Assembly: GCA_021613535.1 (NCBI GenBank)
Contig: CP075492.1
Span: 4,650,001-4,714,000 of the forward strand
Reading direction: 5' to 3'
DNA: 64,000 bases
Origin: Adineta vaga
Lineage: Eukaryota > Animalia > Rotifera
The notes under the pieces are model-generated. The model saw nothing but the letters and a program-made list of their open reading frames with translations. It was not told the DNA's origin and did no database searches. Position 1 is the stretch's first letter; every line of letters starts with the position of its first letter. This document shows, in pieces, positions 12,940 to 24,014 of this stretch. A program made the position numbers and the translations under genes.

Positions 12940-13674
12940 ATGCAACTTCGTTCTGATCTTTCAATTCCTCATGTAGTTGATTCAAATTTAATTCCATTTG
13001 TTGATTCACCAACTGCAGGTGTTCAACGTCGAATGTTAGATCGAATTGGTGATGAAGTAGCTCGTGCTACGACGATTGTCAAATACGATCCATTCGCACG
13101 ATTTCCTCGTCATACGCATGGTGGTGGTGAAGAATTTGTTATTTTAGATGGAATCTTTTCCGATGATCTTTCCGGTGATCATGGTCCGATGAGTTATTGT
13201 CGACATGGTATAGGCACAACACACGAACCATGGACAGGTGAACAAGGTGCTGTTTTATTAGTAAAACTTCGTCAAATGAATGATCGAACTGAAACACCGA
13301 TAACAATCATTGATACTGAAGCTTCGAAGGAATGGAAAAAAGATTCCGATGGAAAACGACAACGATTAGAATTGTTTTCAAATTCAAACACTGGCGAACA
13401 TGTTTGGATGGAAAAATGGGAAGAAGGCTTTGACAATTCTGAATGGATTGTTGGACAAGGTGGTGAAGAAATTTTTGTATTGAAAGGTGATATGAGTTTC
13501 GAAAATATTGATGGAAGTAACGATGAAAATAATAAACATAATTGTAAACAAGGATTTTGGATTCGACGACCAAATGAATGGGTAGGAAGAAAATTTCATG
13601 TGAAAAGTGAACATGGTTGTCAATTATTTATTAAAAGTGGACATTTAGCTATGAAACTTGATGAAATACGATAG
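12940..13674 (+). CDS. ChrR-like tandem cupin protein, bacterial type, intronless
   Basis: SPTAGVQRRMLDRIGDEVARATTIVKY...FPRHTHGGGEEFVILDGIFSD; second cupin GGEEIFVLKG...IKSGHL. Confidence 0.88.
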   Translation: MQLRSDLSIPHVVDSNLIPFVDSPTAGVQRRMLDRIGDEVARATTIVKYDPFARFPRHTHGGGEEFVILDGIFSDDLSGDHGPMSYCRHGIGTTHEPWTGEQGAVLLVKLRQMNDRTETPITIIDTEASKEWKKDSDGKRQRLELFSNSNTGEHVWMEKWEEGFDNSEWIVGQGGEEIFVLKGDMSFENIDGSNDENNKHNCKQGFWIRRPNEWVGRKFHVKSEHGCQLFIKSGHLAMKLDEIR

Positions 13675-13742
13675 AAATCTTTGAATTTTATTATAAAGAA
13701 ATCACGCTGAAATAGCAAATAAAATCAAAAACAAGAATTATT

Positions 13743-15290
13743 TTATTCCTCAAACGACCATGATATTCCATTTTCACGTAAAAGAATTTCTAATGGTCGT
13801 TCGGTTTTCCACAAAAGTTCTTTATACCAATCGATCAGATCGGATCGAAGATAATCTTCGATCTTATCAACATTAAATTTCTTCTTCATTATTCGTTTAA
13901 ATACTTCTAAACCAATTTTATATGAACAAGCTTGACCTGGTAAAATTCGATAACGATAAACTTCTGCTGTTATACATTCTTCACCTATTGTTAAATATAA
14001 TTTAGCTAATTGTATGACTTGTTGAGGTGTTTGCCCTTCGACATGTAAAAGTATCTCGGCAATAATTCGAAATGTACGAAGAATATTTGCTTGTAGATAT
14101 CCAAAATAAATCCATGGATCCTTTAACAAACCATCACCTAAATGTTCAGAAAATAATCCCCATCCTTCGGTAAAACCATTGCATGGTGTAGAAAGAATTG
14201 TCGTTAGATAATTATGATTTGGTGAATGAAATGATATATCAAATTGTAAATGATGTCCTGGTATTGTTTCATGTAATGTTAAATTTTCGACGGAATATTT
14301 CGCATCACCATTATTCCAATTACAAACATTTAAATAGAATTTATCTTTGAAATAATAACCACGAGAAAGTAATGGATTATCAAGAATAATAAGACCAGGT
14401 GGATTAAATTCCTTGAATTGTTTTTCATAAATAAATATTTGTCGATATTTTTCAATACTTATTTCATATGTATTGATCATTTCTTCTTTTGATAACCAAT
14501 GTTGACTTGAATCTTTTCCGACAAGTACCATTTTTTCATAAACTGATTTCATTTTATCTTCAGATGAAATCAATAATTGATCACAAATTTCATTTGCTTT
14601 ATTCATTAATTCATCTAAATGTTTTTGTGCCCATCGTTTGATTTGTTTGAAATCATCGACACATTTCAATTTCAATCCGGTATTATATTCGAAATAGAAT
14701 TGATAAATTTCCGGTTCGAATTGACTAAGACCTTCTTCCGAATGTTCGGACCATTTAGGATCTTTAATTAAATCAATTAAATACGCTTTCAATCGATCTG
14801 TTTCTTGTAAAAATAAACGAAAATATGTTTTATATTCATCATTTGTGACTTCATCAGGTAAAGGATCAAAATCAAGATTTGATATGAACTTTTCTAAGAG
14901 AAATTTATTGAAAAATTTCGATGCTTTCAAATCGATTGTTTTGTAGAGATGAATAATATGATCAGTAATATCGGGTAATAAATGTTTATGCTGGTAAAGA
15001 TTAGTAAATGTTGGTTGAGTTATAAGAATTGGATTGGATAAAATAAAATAGATCGAAAGAAAATAATTATCAAAATAAGTTTCACTGATTTCATAAAGAA
15101 ATTTTCGTCGAGGATCAGTTTCAATTTGATAATAATATTCTTCTAAATCTGTTAATTGATGTTTGAGTGCATAATCATGTAGAGCTGTCTGATAAGCATT
15201 GTAGTCACGAAATAATTTGAATGTATCAATTGGAGTTTGATGATTAGAATTAGATTCTAAATCAAATCTTTGTATCAGATATTTATCCAT
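13743..15290 (-). CDS. DUF885-family putative zinc metallopeptidase, intronless
   Basis: LTLHETIPGHHLQ, FTEGWGLFSE and PGQACSYKIG motifs. Confidence 0.85.
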   Translation of the reverse strand: MDKYLIQRFDLESNSNHQTPIDTFKLFRDYNAYQTALHDYALKHQLTDLEEYYYQIETDPRRKFLYEISETYFDNYFLSIYFILSNPILITQPTFTNLYQHKHLLPDITDHIIHLYKTIDLKASKFFNKFLLEKFISNLDFDPLPDEVTNDEYKTYFRLFLQETDRLKAYLIDLIKDPKWSEHSEEGLSQFEPEIYQFYFEYNTGLKLKCVDDFKQIKRWAQKHLDELMNKANEICDQLLISSEDKMKSVYEKMVLVGKDSSQHWLSKEEMINTYEISIEKYRQIFIYEKQFKEFNPPGLIILDNPLLSRGYYFKDKFYLNVCNWNNGDAKYSVENLTLHETIPGHHLQFDISFHSPNHNYLTTILSTPCNGFTEGWGLFSEHLGDGLLKDPWIYFGYLQANILRTFRIIAEILLHVEGQTPQQVIQLAKLYLTIGEECITAEVYRYRILPGQACSYKIGLEVFKRIMKKKFNVDKIEDYLRSDLIDWYKELLWKTERPLEILLRENGISWSFEE

Positions 15291-15589
15291 CAACTACAAA
15301 AAAAAGAATAACTCGGATCGCAGATAACTAGGTGGGTTTTAATTGATCAATTATCTGCTTCAATAATATCTCGAATGGATATTTCATCTTCGTACGACAT
15401 CTAGATCACAGAAAAATAGAGCGTGTAGGTTTGATTTCAATTTATCGAAAAAATTCAAAAATAGCAACTATAATAGTTAAATAAAAAGTTTAAAATGATT
15501 TGTTCTGATGTTGATTAGTTTATTGAATGGAAGACGAAAAAAAGAAAAATCGTAGTTTATGTTTTCTCCAATGGATATGCACGATGAAA

Positions 15590-17120
15590 TTATGCACATG
15601 GCTTTTGGACGTTATTTTTGTATCCTTCACCTAGACTGTCACGTGAATCATAACTTATAACAATAAACATCGATTTCTTATCATTTGTAAAAGCTCGTCC
15701 AACACCTAATTTGGTTGTACTTTTCCAAATGATCTTTGGAAAATATTTTGTGAATGAAAAGTCTGGACTGTCATATTTATAGTACTTGTGTTCATTGTAA
15801 AAATTATCAACAACGACAGAACCTATATCAAATGAGAAAAAAAAACATGTATTCAGATCAAAAACAGACTATATTGTCGTCGTGTATATTTACCATGAAG
15901 TGCTGCATCACCTTTACCATAATACACGGATTGCATTTTGCTTGCATCATAGTCAGGTGGAGTAATATCAGCAGCTGCTAATTTATCGGCCAAATCTTGT
16001 GAAACTTTGTTAAGATCATTGTCTAATGTCAAGTCAGACACACAATGCATCTTTCGTTTTTCATTGTGACGTGCTAAGACTTCCTTTCGAACTATTTTCA
16101 CTGGTTCACCTAATCGAATACGCTTTTGTGGAGCTAGATGAGAAAGAAGATGGAACAGCTTAGTTGATTTTAAAGCTTTAGCGAAACGAATCAACGATTA
16201 GTTTGTAGTTCACATTTGACAAAACAAGAGACAATAATAAAATTGTTGTTCTATTCAATTACTTACCCAAGCAAGAACCAGTTAAAAAGCCTTCACTCTC
16301 CATATAAGTGCCTAAGCTATTGAAAAGGTAACATTTCTTGTCATATGTACCATAGAGCCATCCAAAACACGTATTTACACCATCACATTTTCCCATACAA
16401 TTTTCCACTGTGGCAATGTCTGTGAGTGTGTCTATCGTATTGCCAGGATATTGACCACTTTTGTTTTCGACACACTTTGTTTTTAAATTCGTTCCTGAAA
16501 GAATGTAGAGAGTACGAATTGTCGAATTTTAAACAGAAAGCATGTGACTTTGGAGTGAGTGATAAGAAATCGGAGTAAAGAGAAAGATTTGATCGAGAAG
16601 TTAGTTTTGATTGATAGAAGAAGAGATGTTTTGTGACATGGCAATTCTCCTCGTCACTTACCAACACATGATCCTGATCGAACACCAGACACAGCAACGA
16701 CACCCTTTATATTAGTTAAACCCCAACACATTTTTGAGTCAGGTTTATATGACCATCCCATACATTTGGCATCTATATCACATCTATCCATACAACTTTG
16801 AGTTGAATCAATACCAGGTATACTCAATGCTTCGTCTCCATTCCATTGATATCCTTCTAGAATATCTGCTGTACAGTCACCTTCTGCTTCCGCTCCTAAA
16901 CAGTACCGATGTGTCTTTGCATAATATTAGGGAGACTGTTTGATATCTTACTTCTGTTAAAGAATAATTGATGATCACTGCTTAGTTCCAATCGACGTAA
17001 GAGATGTTGAAGACGTTTGATTTGTGAATAATCACCTTTCGTTTTCTGATAGCGATATGCTTGAACATCACAGTTCGATATGAGTAATGCTATGATGAGT
17101 ATTCCAGTTCGAAATTCCAT
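15590..17120 (-). CDS. Secreted PAN/apple-PAN/apple-CAP (SCP/GAPR-1-like) protein, copy 1, 5 exons
   Basis: Signal peptide and pro-region; two CxxxC...CxxW...C PAN-like exons; CAP half HNEKRKMHCVSDLTLD and KIIWKSTTKLGVGRA...NVQKPCA. Confidence 0.8.
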
Positions 17121-17960
17121 TGATCAATGTGATTAATTTCTAAAAGTATAACACAATGAAACGACACTTGAAGGACAACGGTATACAAAACGAAATAAAA
17201 ATTATCTCTGCATAAATCCTACATTTATATTCAGATAAAAAAGAAATGAGAGAATGAAACCTCCTGTGACATACGATTTGTGACGAGTGAAGATTCGTTT
17301 TCTTAAGAAGAGCATGAATAATAAACATGAAAAACAAAAAGTATCAGTAATATTATATTTCTTCCCTCTATACAGACTTTTCAAGTGTGACGGATTCATC
17401 ACGACATAAACCAGATTAGTTATTCCTATTTTTCTGTTAACGCATATGTCGTCAAATGTGAATATCAAGTAAGAAAAAAATTTAATTGAAATAATATTTA
17501 TTGTGTTTTTTTGTTTTTCAGTGTGAAAGGAAAAAAAAGGTGGAGAGTAATGATGTTTTTCTTTCGATATAGGCGTACCAAGTATCAGTCATACCTTGCT
17601 GAAAACGAAACAATCATAATGACCTTTGATCGTTTTTTTTATCCCGAGTAAATCAAGATTCACGTTTTTGGTAAAATGTTCATATCTTATTGTTTAATCT
17701 TTGTTGATTAGACATCAAACCGGTAATTAGATAAACGACACACAGAAAAATATGAAAGGTATTAACTCGCTTCTCCGTTCTTTCTCTCTCTCCTTCATGT
17801 CGTTAGATTGACATCCAAATAAAAGTATACGATATTATATTATTTCACCTTCATTTTCGTTTTCTGATGAATATCGTTTGTATCTGTTTTTCTACTGTTA
17901 CATACTAACATATATTATTCACAAGAATCTGCATCTAAACATTCTCTTTCATTCTAGAAA

Positions 17961-18836
17961 ATGTTACGTGTTTCGTGTCTTCTTTTATCTTATTTCCTTC
18001 TGTCATCCAGTGCCTTTCGATGCGATTATAAACATGATAAACGTGTTGATATCGAAGGCATTCAGAAATGGCCTGACAACACGATTCCTTATGAAATCGA
18101 TGATGCCTACTCTCCAAGCGAAAGACAATTAATTGCAGAAAGTCTTGCTGAACTCAGCACCAAAACAGACAACTGTGTCCGTTTTATTCCTCGTACTGAT
18201 TCACATCCAAATTATGTACGTGTACTTAGTAAAACTGGGTAAGTACTACTTGTGATGTTTTTCAAATAATAAGATATAAAAGTGAATATCATACGAACAT
18301 TCGAAGATGTTGGTCGGGTGTCGGTATGTCATGGCAAGGCGGTCTTCAAGAACTATCACTCGATCGAAGTGGTTGTATGACAAAAGATACTGTTATACAT
18401 GAATTTCTTCATGCACTTGGATTCAATCATGAACAAACACGTCCAGATAGAAACCAATATATCAAGGTTCTCTATGAAAATGTTCAACCAGGTTAGAACA
18501 ATAACATATCTCCGCTATTCTATTTTCTTAAAACACATTTGATTTAGATCAAAAACATAACTATGACATCAGTCCTGCAGCTGCTATTCAAAGTGCTGGA
18601 TTACCCTATGATTTCAGTAAAGAAGAAAACGTGTTTTTTTTATCGTTTAACATTTCTTTTACTCATTTTCAGATTCAATCATGCACTATGGGTTCAGTGA
18701 CTTCACCTCAAATGGTTTACCAGTAATGGTAACTGTTGCTGATGATACGAAACAATGGCGATATACGATGGGCACAGGAAACAAGTTAACTGAGAGTGAT
18801 TTATTGAAAGTGAAGAAAATATATGGTTGTACTTAA
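17961..18836 (+). CDS. Secreted astacin (M12A) metalloprotease, copy 1, 4 exons
   Basis: [33 protein letters not shown] and Met-turn SIMHY. Confidence 0.93.
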
Positions 18837-18969
18837 TTAATGTATTCACTCGTCTAACTACTGATTGACTTATTATGTAATCTGCATTTTTTCTTTTGAC
18901 AAATAATAAATTTTAGTTAGAAAAACATCGTTTATTATCTAATCAAAGAAGAAGAAGAAGAAGAGATAT

Positions 18970-19430
18970 GTATCCTTTGTAGGAATCATGGACCATCACA
19001 ACAAATATACCATGTCTATCACTGCTCAGTGCACGACCAACATCTATGCTTGTTGATTTTTTCCAAATAATCTTAGGAAATGTCTTGTATAGGAGAAATC
19101 TGGTATATTATAATCGTAATATTTCTGTACATTACAAAGTTAATCAGTACAAACAAACGTGTATTCAGAAAAAAAAACATTATATTTTTGTTTTTATTCA
19201 CCATAAAAATCATCGAAACCTTCTTTGTAGTAAATATTCACCATTTTACTACTGTCGTATGTCGATTAAGTTTCGTCATCATCATCGAATCGATATGCAA
19301 GTTCTTGAGCTTTTTTTTTAGTTCTTTATCCAATATTAATTGAAGTATAGACTGTTTTGCTCGTTTGAATTTACAACGATCTAATCTATCTCGTCTAAAT
19401 ACACTTATACTAGGAATTGGCATAAATACA
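18970..19430 (-). pseudogene. Decayed CAP-domain gene (paralog of the PAN-PAN-CAP genes)
   Basis: KAQELAYRF...T*STYDSSKMVNIYY and YYDYNIPDFSYTRHF/PKIIWKKSTSIDVGRA, with an in-frame stop and frameshifts. Confidence 0.7.
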
Positions 19431-20056
19431 AGAACCGGTCGCATCAGAATCTTTCGGCATAATATTCAGAGCTGGATGCTATACGGTATAGAATAGTATA
19501 GATCATTTTAACTAATTCTTGCATTATTAATATGAACATTTTAAAAAAACAAAGATTACCTTATATAGATGACATTTAATTAACAATTCGACTTTATCTT
19601 ATCAAAAACTTAATTTATTTCATTTATTATATCATCTATGTATTTTATTGTTCATTTTAATTCGTATGATGATTCGCTTGGATAAAGTCGAATTAACTCC
19701 TGTTTTTTTTTGAGAATAGTGATGATGATTCGTTCCAAGACAATTCTCTAATGTATTTGTATTCTTTAAGTTTGGAACAAAGAAAGTTATTTTTTATTAT
19801 GAAAAGTTTGATAAGTTAATTTCTGAAAATGAATTAATTATCTAAAATAGTTTTGAATTTCTCTTGAGAAATGATATTATTTATTTCACAATGTGTCTAT
19901 TCAATTGGATCAAGAACAAAACAACAAATACATCTCAATATCATAATAGAATCTAGTCTATACTTTTCATCAATATAAAATGGCTATATCGAAGTTTTTT
20001 TTTTCTTTGAATAGTATCTTTACTTTGTATAGTTCTAGATCAAACAACGAAAGATA

Positions 20057-20849
20057 ATGTCAGCTAAAATTGGTAAACCAGCGCCTGATTTCATCGCACC
20101 GGCCGTTATCGATTATGATTTCAAAGATGTTTCATTGAGTAATTATTTAGGCAAATATATTGTACTATTTTTCTATCCATTGGATTTTACATTTGTTTGT
20201 CCGACTGGTAATTTTGAAACACAAAAAGAAAACAAAACAAAATCTGTTTTTCTTCAGAAATTATTGCATTTAGTGACCGTGCAGAAGAATTTCGTGAAAT
20301 TGAATGTGAAGTTTTAGCCTGTTCAACTGATTCACATTATAGTCATTTCGCTTGGTAAGATTATCCAATGATGATACAGATATCTATTGTTTTATTACTA
20401 GGACAACAAAAGAACGGAAACAAGGTGGTTTAGGTAAAATGAATATTCCATTAATATCTGATAAAACTATGGAAATCGCGAGTAAATTTTGTTATTCGTT
20501 TTTAATAAAAACAATCGATCGTTTTGTTCACAGCTAAATATGGTGTATTGAAAGAAGATGAAGGTATTGCATATCGTGGTCTATTCATAATCGATACTCG
20601 TGGTATACTTCGACAAATGACAATTAATGATTTACCTGTTGGCCGTTCTGTTGATGAAACACTTCGATTAGTTCAAGCATTTCAATTTACGGATAAACAT
20701 GGTGAAGGTATAATTAAGTTCTTAGTTCTTTTTTGGTTGATTACATTTTTCTAATATTGACTTTAGTATGTCCAGCTAATTGGAAACCAGGAAAGAAAAC
20801 AATTAATCCAAATTCTAAAACACAAGATCATTCGGATGCATCTCATTAA
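20057..20849 (+). CDS. Typical 2-Cys peroxiredoxin (Prx1 class), 5 exons
   Basis: [32 protein letters not shown] and GEVCPANW. Confidence 0.95.
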
Positions 20850-20994
20850 GTCTTTATAAAACAAAACTCAACGCTTTTCTCTTTCTCTTTTTCTCTCGCT
20901 TCTCATTATTCGAATAAATAACATTGACCTTGACAAGAATAATTATCCTTCAAGAAAATGATTATTTATAGTCGAAAACTAAAAAAACAAATAA

Positions 20995-21067
20995 TGTTCT
21001 GTGCAGGTGTCGAACCTGCGACCTTCTGCGTGTTAAGCAGATGTGATAACCGCTACACCAACAGAAC
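20995..21067 (-). tRNA. tRNA-Val(AAC)
   Basis: GTTCTGTTGGTGTAGCGGTTATCACATCTGCTTAACACGCAGAAGGTCGCAGGTTCGACACCTGCACAGAACA forms a cloverleaf with anticodon AAC; T-run downstream. Confidence 0.95.
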
Positions 21068-21135
21068 TACATTTTGACCACGTTAATCTCCAAACAAAGA
21101 ATTTCCATAACGAAAACTGAGAAAAAAAATAGAAT

Positions 21136-21208
21136 TGTTCTGTGCAGGTGTCGAACCTGCGACCTTCTGCGTGTTAAGCAGATGTGATAACCGCTACACC
21201 AACAGAAC
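21136..21208 (-). tRNA. tRNA-Val(AAC)
   Basis: Identical second copy. Confidence 0.95.
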
Positions 21209-21286
21209 TACATTTTGACCACGTTAATCTCCAAACAAAGAATTTCCATAACAAAAACTGGAAAAAAATTTAAAAAAAAATAGAAC

Positions 21287-21359
21287 TGTTCTGTGCAGGT
21301 GTCGAACCTGCGACCTTCTGCGTGTTAAGCAGATGTGATAACCGCTACACCAACAGAAC
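21287..21359 (-). tRNA. tRNA-Val(AAC)
   Basis: Identical third copy. Confidence 0.95.
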
Positions 21360-21846
21360 ATGTTCTATTGTTAAGTTTATTTTAAAATCAATATGATCAT
21401 CATATACATACCTCCCCACCTTCGTTTTTCGTACACAATTAGAAATCAATTATCAATTTGTTCCTTTTTTTAACAACATATATTCACATATTTAAAATAA
21501 ACATCGCTACCATTTCGAGAGACGTTTTTTTTCTACCTGATTGAATCTTGTACAAATTAGCAAAACAGTATTTTATTAGTCAGTAGAGAAAAAAAAACAC
21601 ATGTAGAAATACATACAGTTTGATAAATGCACGAAAAAGAAGTATCTTTTATCGTAGTAATTACTCTTTTCTAGCCAATCTAGTTGAGCTACGCATCATT
21701 ACATGTCATTTTACATATATAAAAATACAGGTATGTTTTTGTTTTCGTCCTTGACTGAGAAATCACGACGCACATCATTCATTTATTGATATTTTTATTT
21801 TCGACCAAGAACATATATACACTTCCTTAGTTAGAGGTAAATAGAC

Positions 21847-23016
21847 ATGGGTAGTTTATTGGATAGAATTCGACGTGGTAATATATTCATTTGAAAAATT
21901 TCACAATTATTATATAAAAATCGACTTCTTTTCTCTCGATATTTTGTATAGAAAATGGATCTCACTTTTACTTTCCTGATCAATCCTTGAGAAATCAAAC
22001 ATTTACTATTCAAAAACAATCGTATACATTAATTCGTCGTTTAGGTGGAGGTGCATTTGGTTCTGTTTGGTCTGCTCAAACACCCCAGGGTATAATATTG
22101 TTCAAACATTGATAGTTTTTCATCTTTCAATCTATAAATCTTATAGGTCGTAGTGCTGCTGTTAAAACTATTGATATTAGTGGAAGAGATGGAAATCAAT
22201 TTGAACCAACGATGTTAATGGAATCGTTTGAAAAAGAAATTCGAATGGCTTATAAGATGCGTCAAGAAACACGTCATATTGTAACAATATTTGGTTTTGA
22301 TTTTGATATGAAAAGAGGTTTAGCTTTAATGGCAATGGAATTAGGTGGAGATACACTATCAACACGAATTGAAAAACTACATGCAATGAAAAATGTTCAT
22401 AGAAAAAATCTTACTATGGATGGCATGGATGGATCACACGGTGATTATATATCACCACGTGACCGAAAAAATATTTGGATACAATTGGCAAATATTGTAC
22501 AAACATTACATCGACATCGTGTGGTAGGAATAGTTTAATATGAATTTGAAAAATTCATTTCAGATCTATAGGTTCATCGAGATATGAAACCGGATAATTT
22601 AGTATTTTTTGGTCCCATTATGAAAATTGTTGATTTAGGTATTTCACAAAAAGTAGTCAGAGGGTAATTAACATTTATTATTTGTTTTTTTTTCGATTCT
22701 ACTTATTATATTTAGGAATGACCCAAATGCGAGTCCTATTGGTACTCCTTATTTTAGTGCACCAGAATGTTTTGAAACAGGCGCACATATTACGTCAAAA
22801 GCGGATATATGGTCTGCAGGTGCTATCCTATATAATATGTCTTACGGTGATGCACCACGCGATGAATCACCACGTCCTCCTAGCGGTATGCGTCAAACAC
22901 ATTCTCCACATGTCAGTGACGTAATACACCAATGTTTACAATATGAAACTCATAAACGAGCGACTCATGCATGGCTTGCTCGGCATCCTTTTACCAGCAA
23001 TCCTACAGCTCTCTGA
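21847..23016 (+). CDS. Ser/Thr protein kinase, 5 exons
   Basis: LGGGAFGSV, AVK, HRDMKPDN, DLG, GTPYFSAPE and DIWSAG. Confidence 0.9.
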
Positions 23017-23284
23017 ACAATGGTTGTTTTCACATTGAACTTTATTTCAACAACGATTAACAATAAAAGGACTTCGATGTGTCTGTGTATGTTTTATTTA
23101 TTAAACGAATTTATAAAAATCATTTATGATAAACGACCAATTACGATAATTAGATGAAGTTTAATAATTTGTTCTCATATTGAATAATTTATTGAAGAAA
23201 GTTAAGAAAAAATGTTTGTTTTTGAAAATAAAAAGAGAAAGATCAAAGTACATTTGTTTTTCGGATTCTATGTGTACGATGAAA

Positions 23285-23504
23285 TTATGCACATGGTTTT
23301 TGGATGTTATTTTTGTATCCTTCACCTAGACTGTCACGTGAATCATAACTTATAACAATAAACATCGATTTCTTATCATTTGTAAAAGCTCGACCAACAC
23401 CTAATTTGGTTGTACTTTTCCAAATGATCTTTGGAAAATATTTTGTGAATGAGAAGTCTGGACTCTCATATTTATAGTACTTGTGTTCATTGTAAAAATT
23501 ATCA
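23285..23504 (-). pseudogene. Orphan 3' fragment (last exon) of a PAN-PAN-CAP gene
   Basis: Near-identical to 26035-26254 (NFYNEHKYYKYESPDFSFTKYFPKIIW...NIQKPCA). Similarity ends abruptly near 23505 with no upstream exons. Confidence 0.8.
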
Positions 23505-24014
23505 CATTTTGTACGGCAAACATCATCGATTATCTGTTGTATTTGGATTGCAATATTAATCAACTAACTCTTTCTCATATTTGACTTGTTTAGAAGTACG
23601 TGTAAAACAAGAACACTCACAAGTATAAAACTATAAAATTATTTTCAAAAGATCATTTTAACTGATTTGATTTTATCTTCAGATGAAATGTCTATTCTTT
23701 TATTTATTTAAAGTCATGCATCAGAAAACTTCAATCCTGTTTTGTATTCAAAATAAAATTGATAAATTCCTCATTCGAATTGAGAAGAACCTTATGCGTT
23801 TGGGATCTTTGTTTAAGTCACTTAAATATGTTTCACATTTTATAGAAAGCATTCCGTTAAGGATTCGTTTGGATATTGTGATAATACTTTTCGATATGTG
23901 ATCGAATCCACAATCATGTAAAAAATAATAAAAGATAATCCATCTCAGTGAATATTTTATTTAAATGATTCTTCATAGGATAGGTAGATCACGGCAAAAG
24001 AGAAAAAGTTCAAA

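Noticed and set aside
12940-15290. Bacterial contaminant segment
   Set aside because: Base composition matches the flanks, there is no operon or Shine-Dalgarno pattern, and intron-containing genes lie on both sides.
20995-21359. Repeat-spacer pattern resembling a CRISPR array
   Set aside because: The repeats are 73-nt tRNA genes, the spacers are copies of each other, and there are no cas genes.
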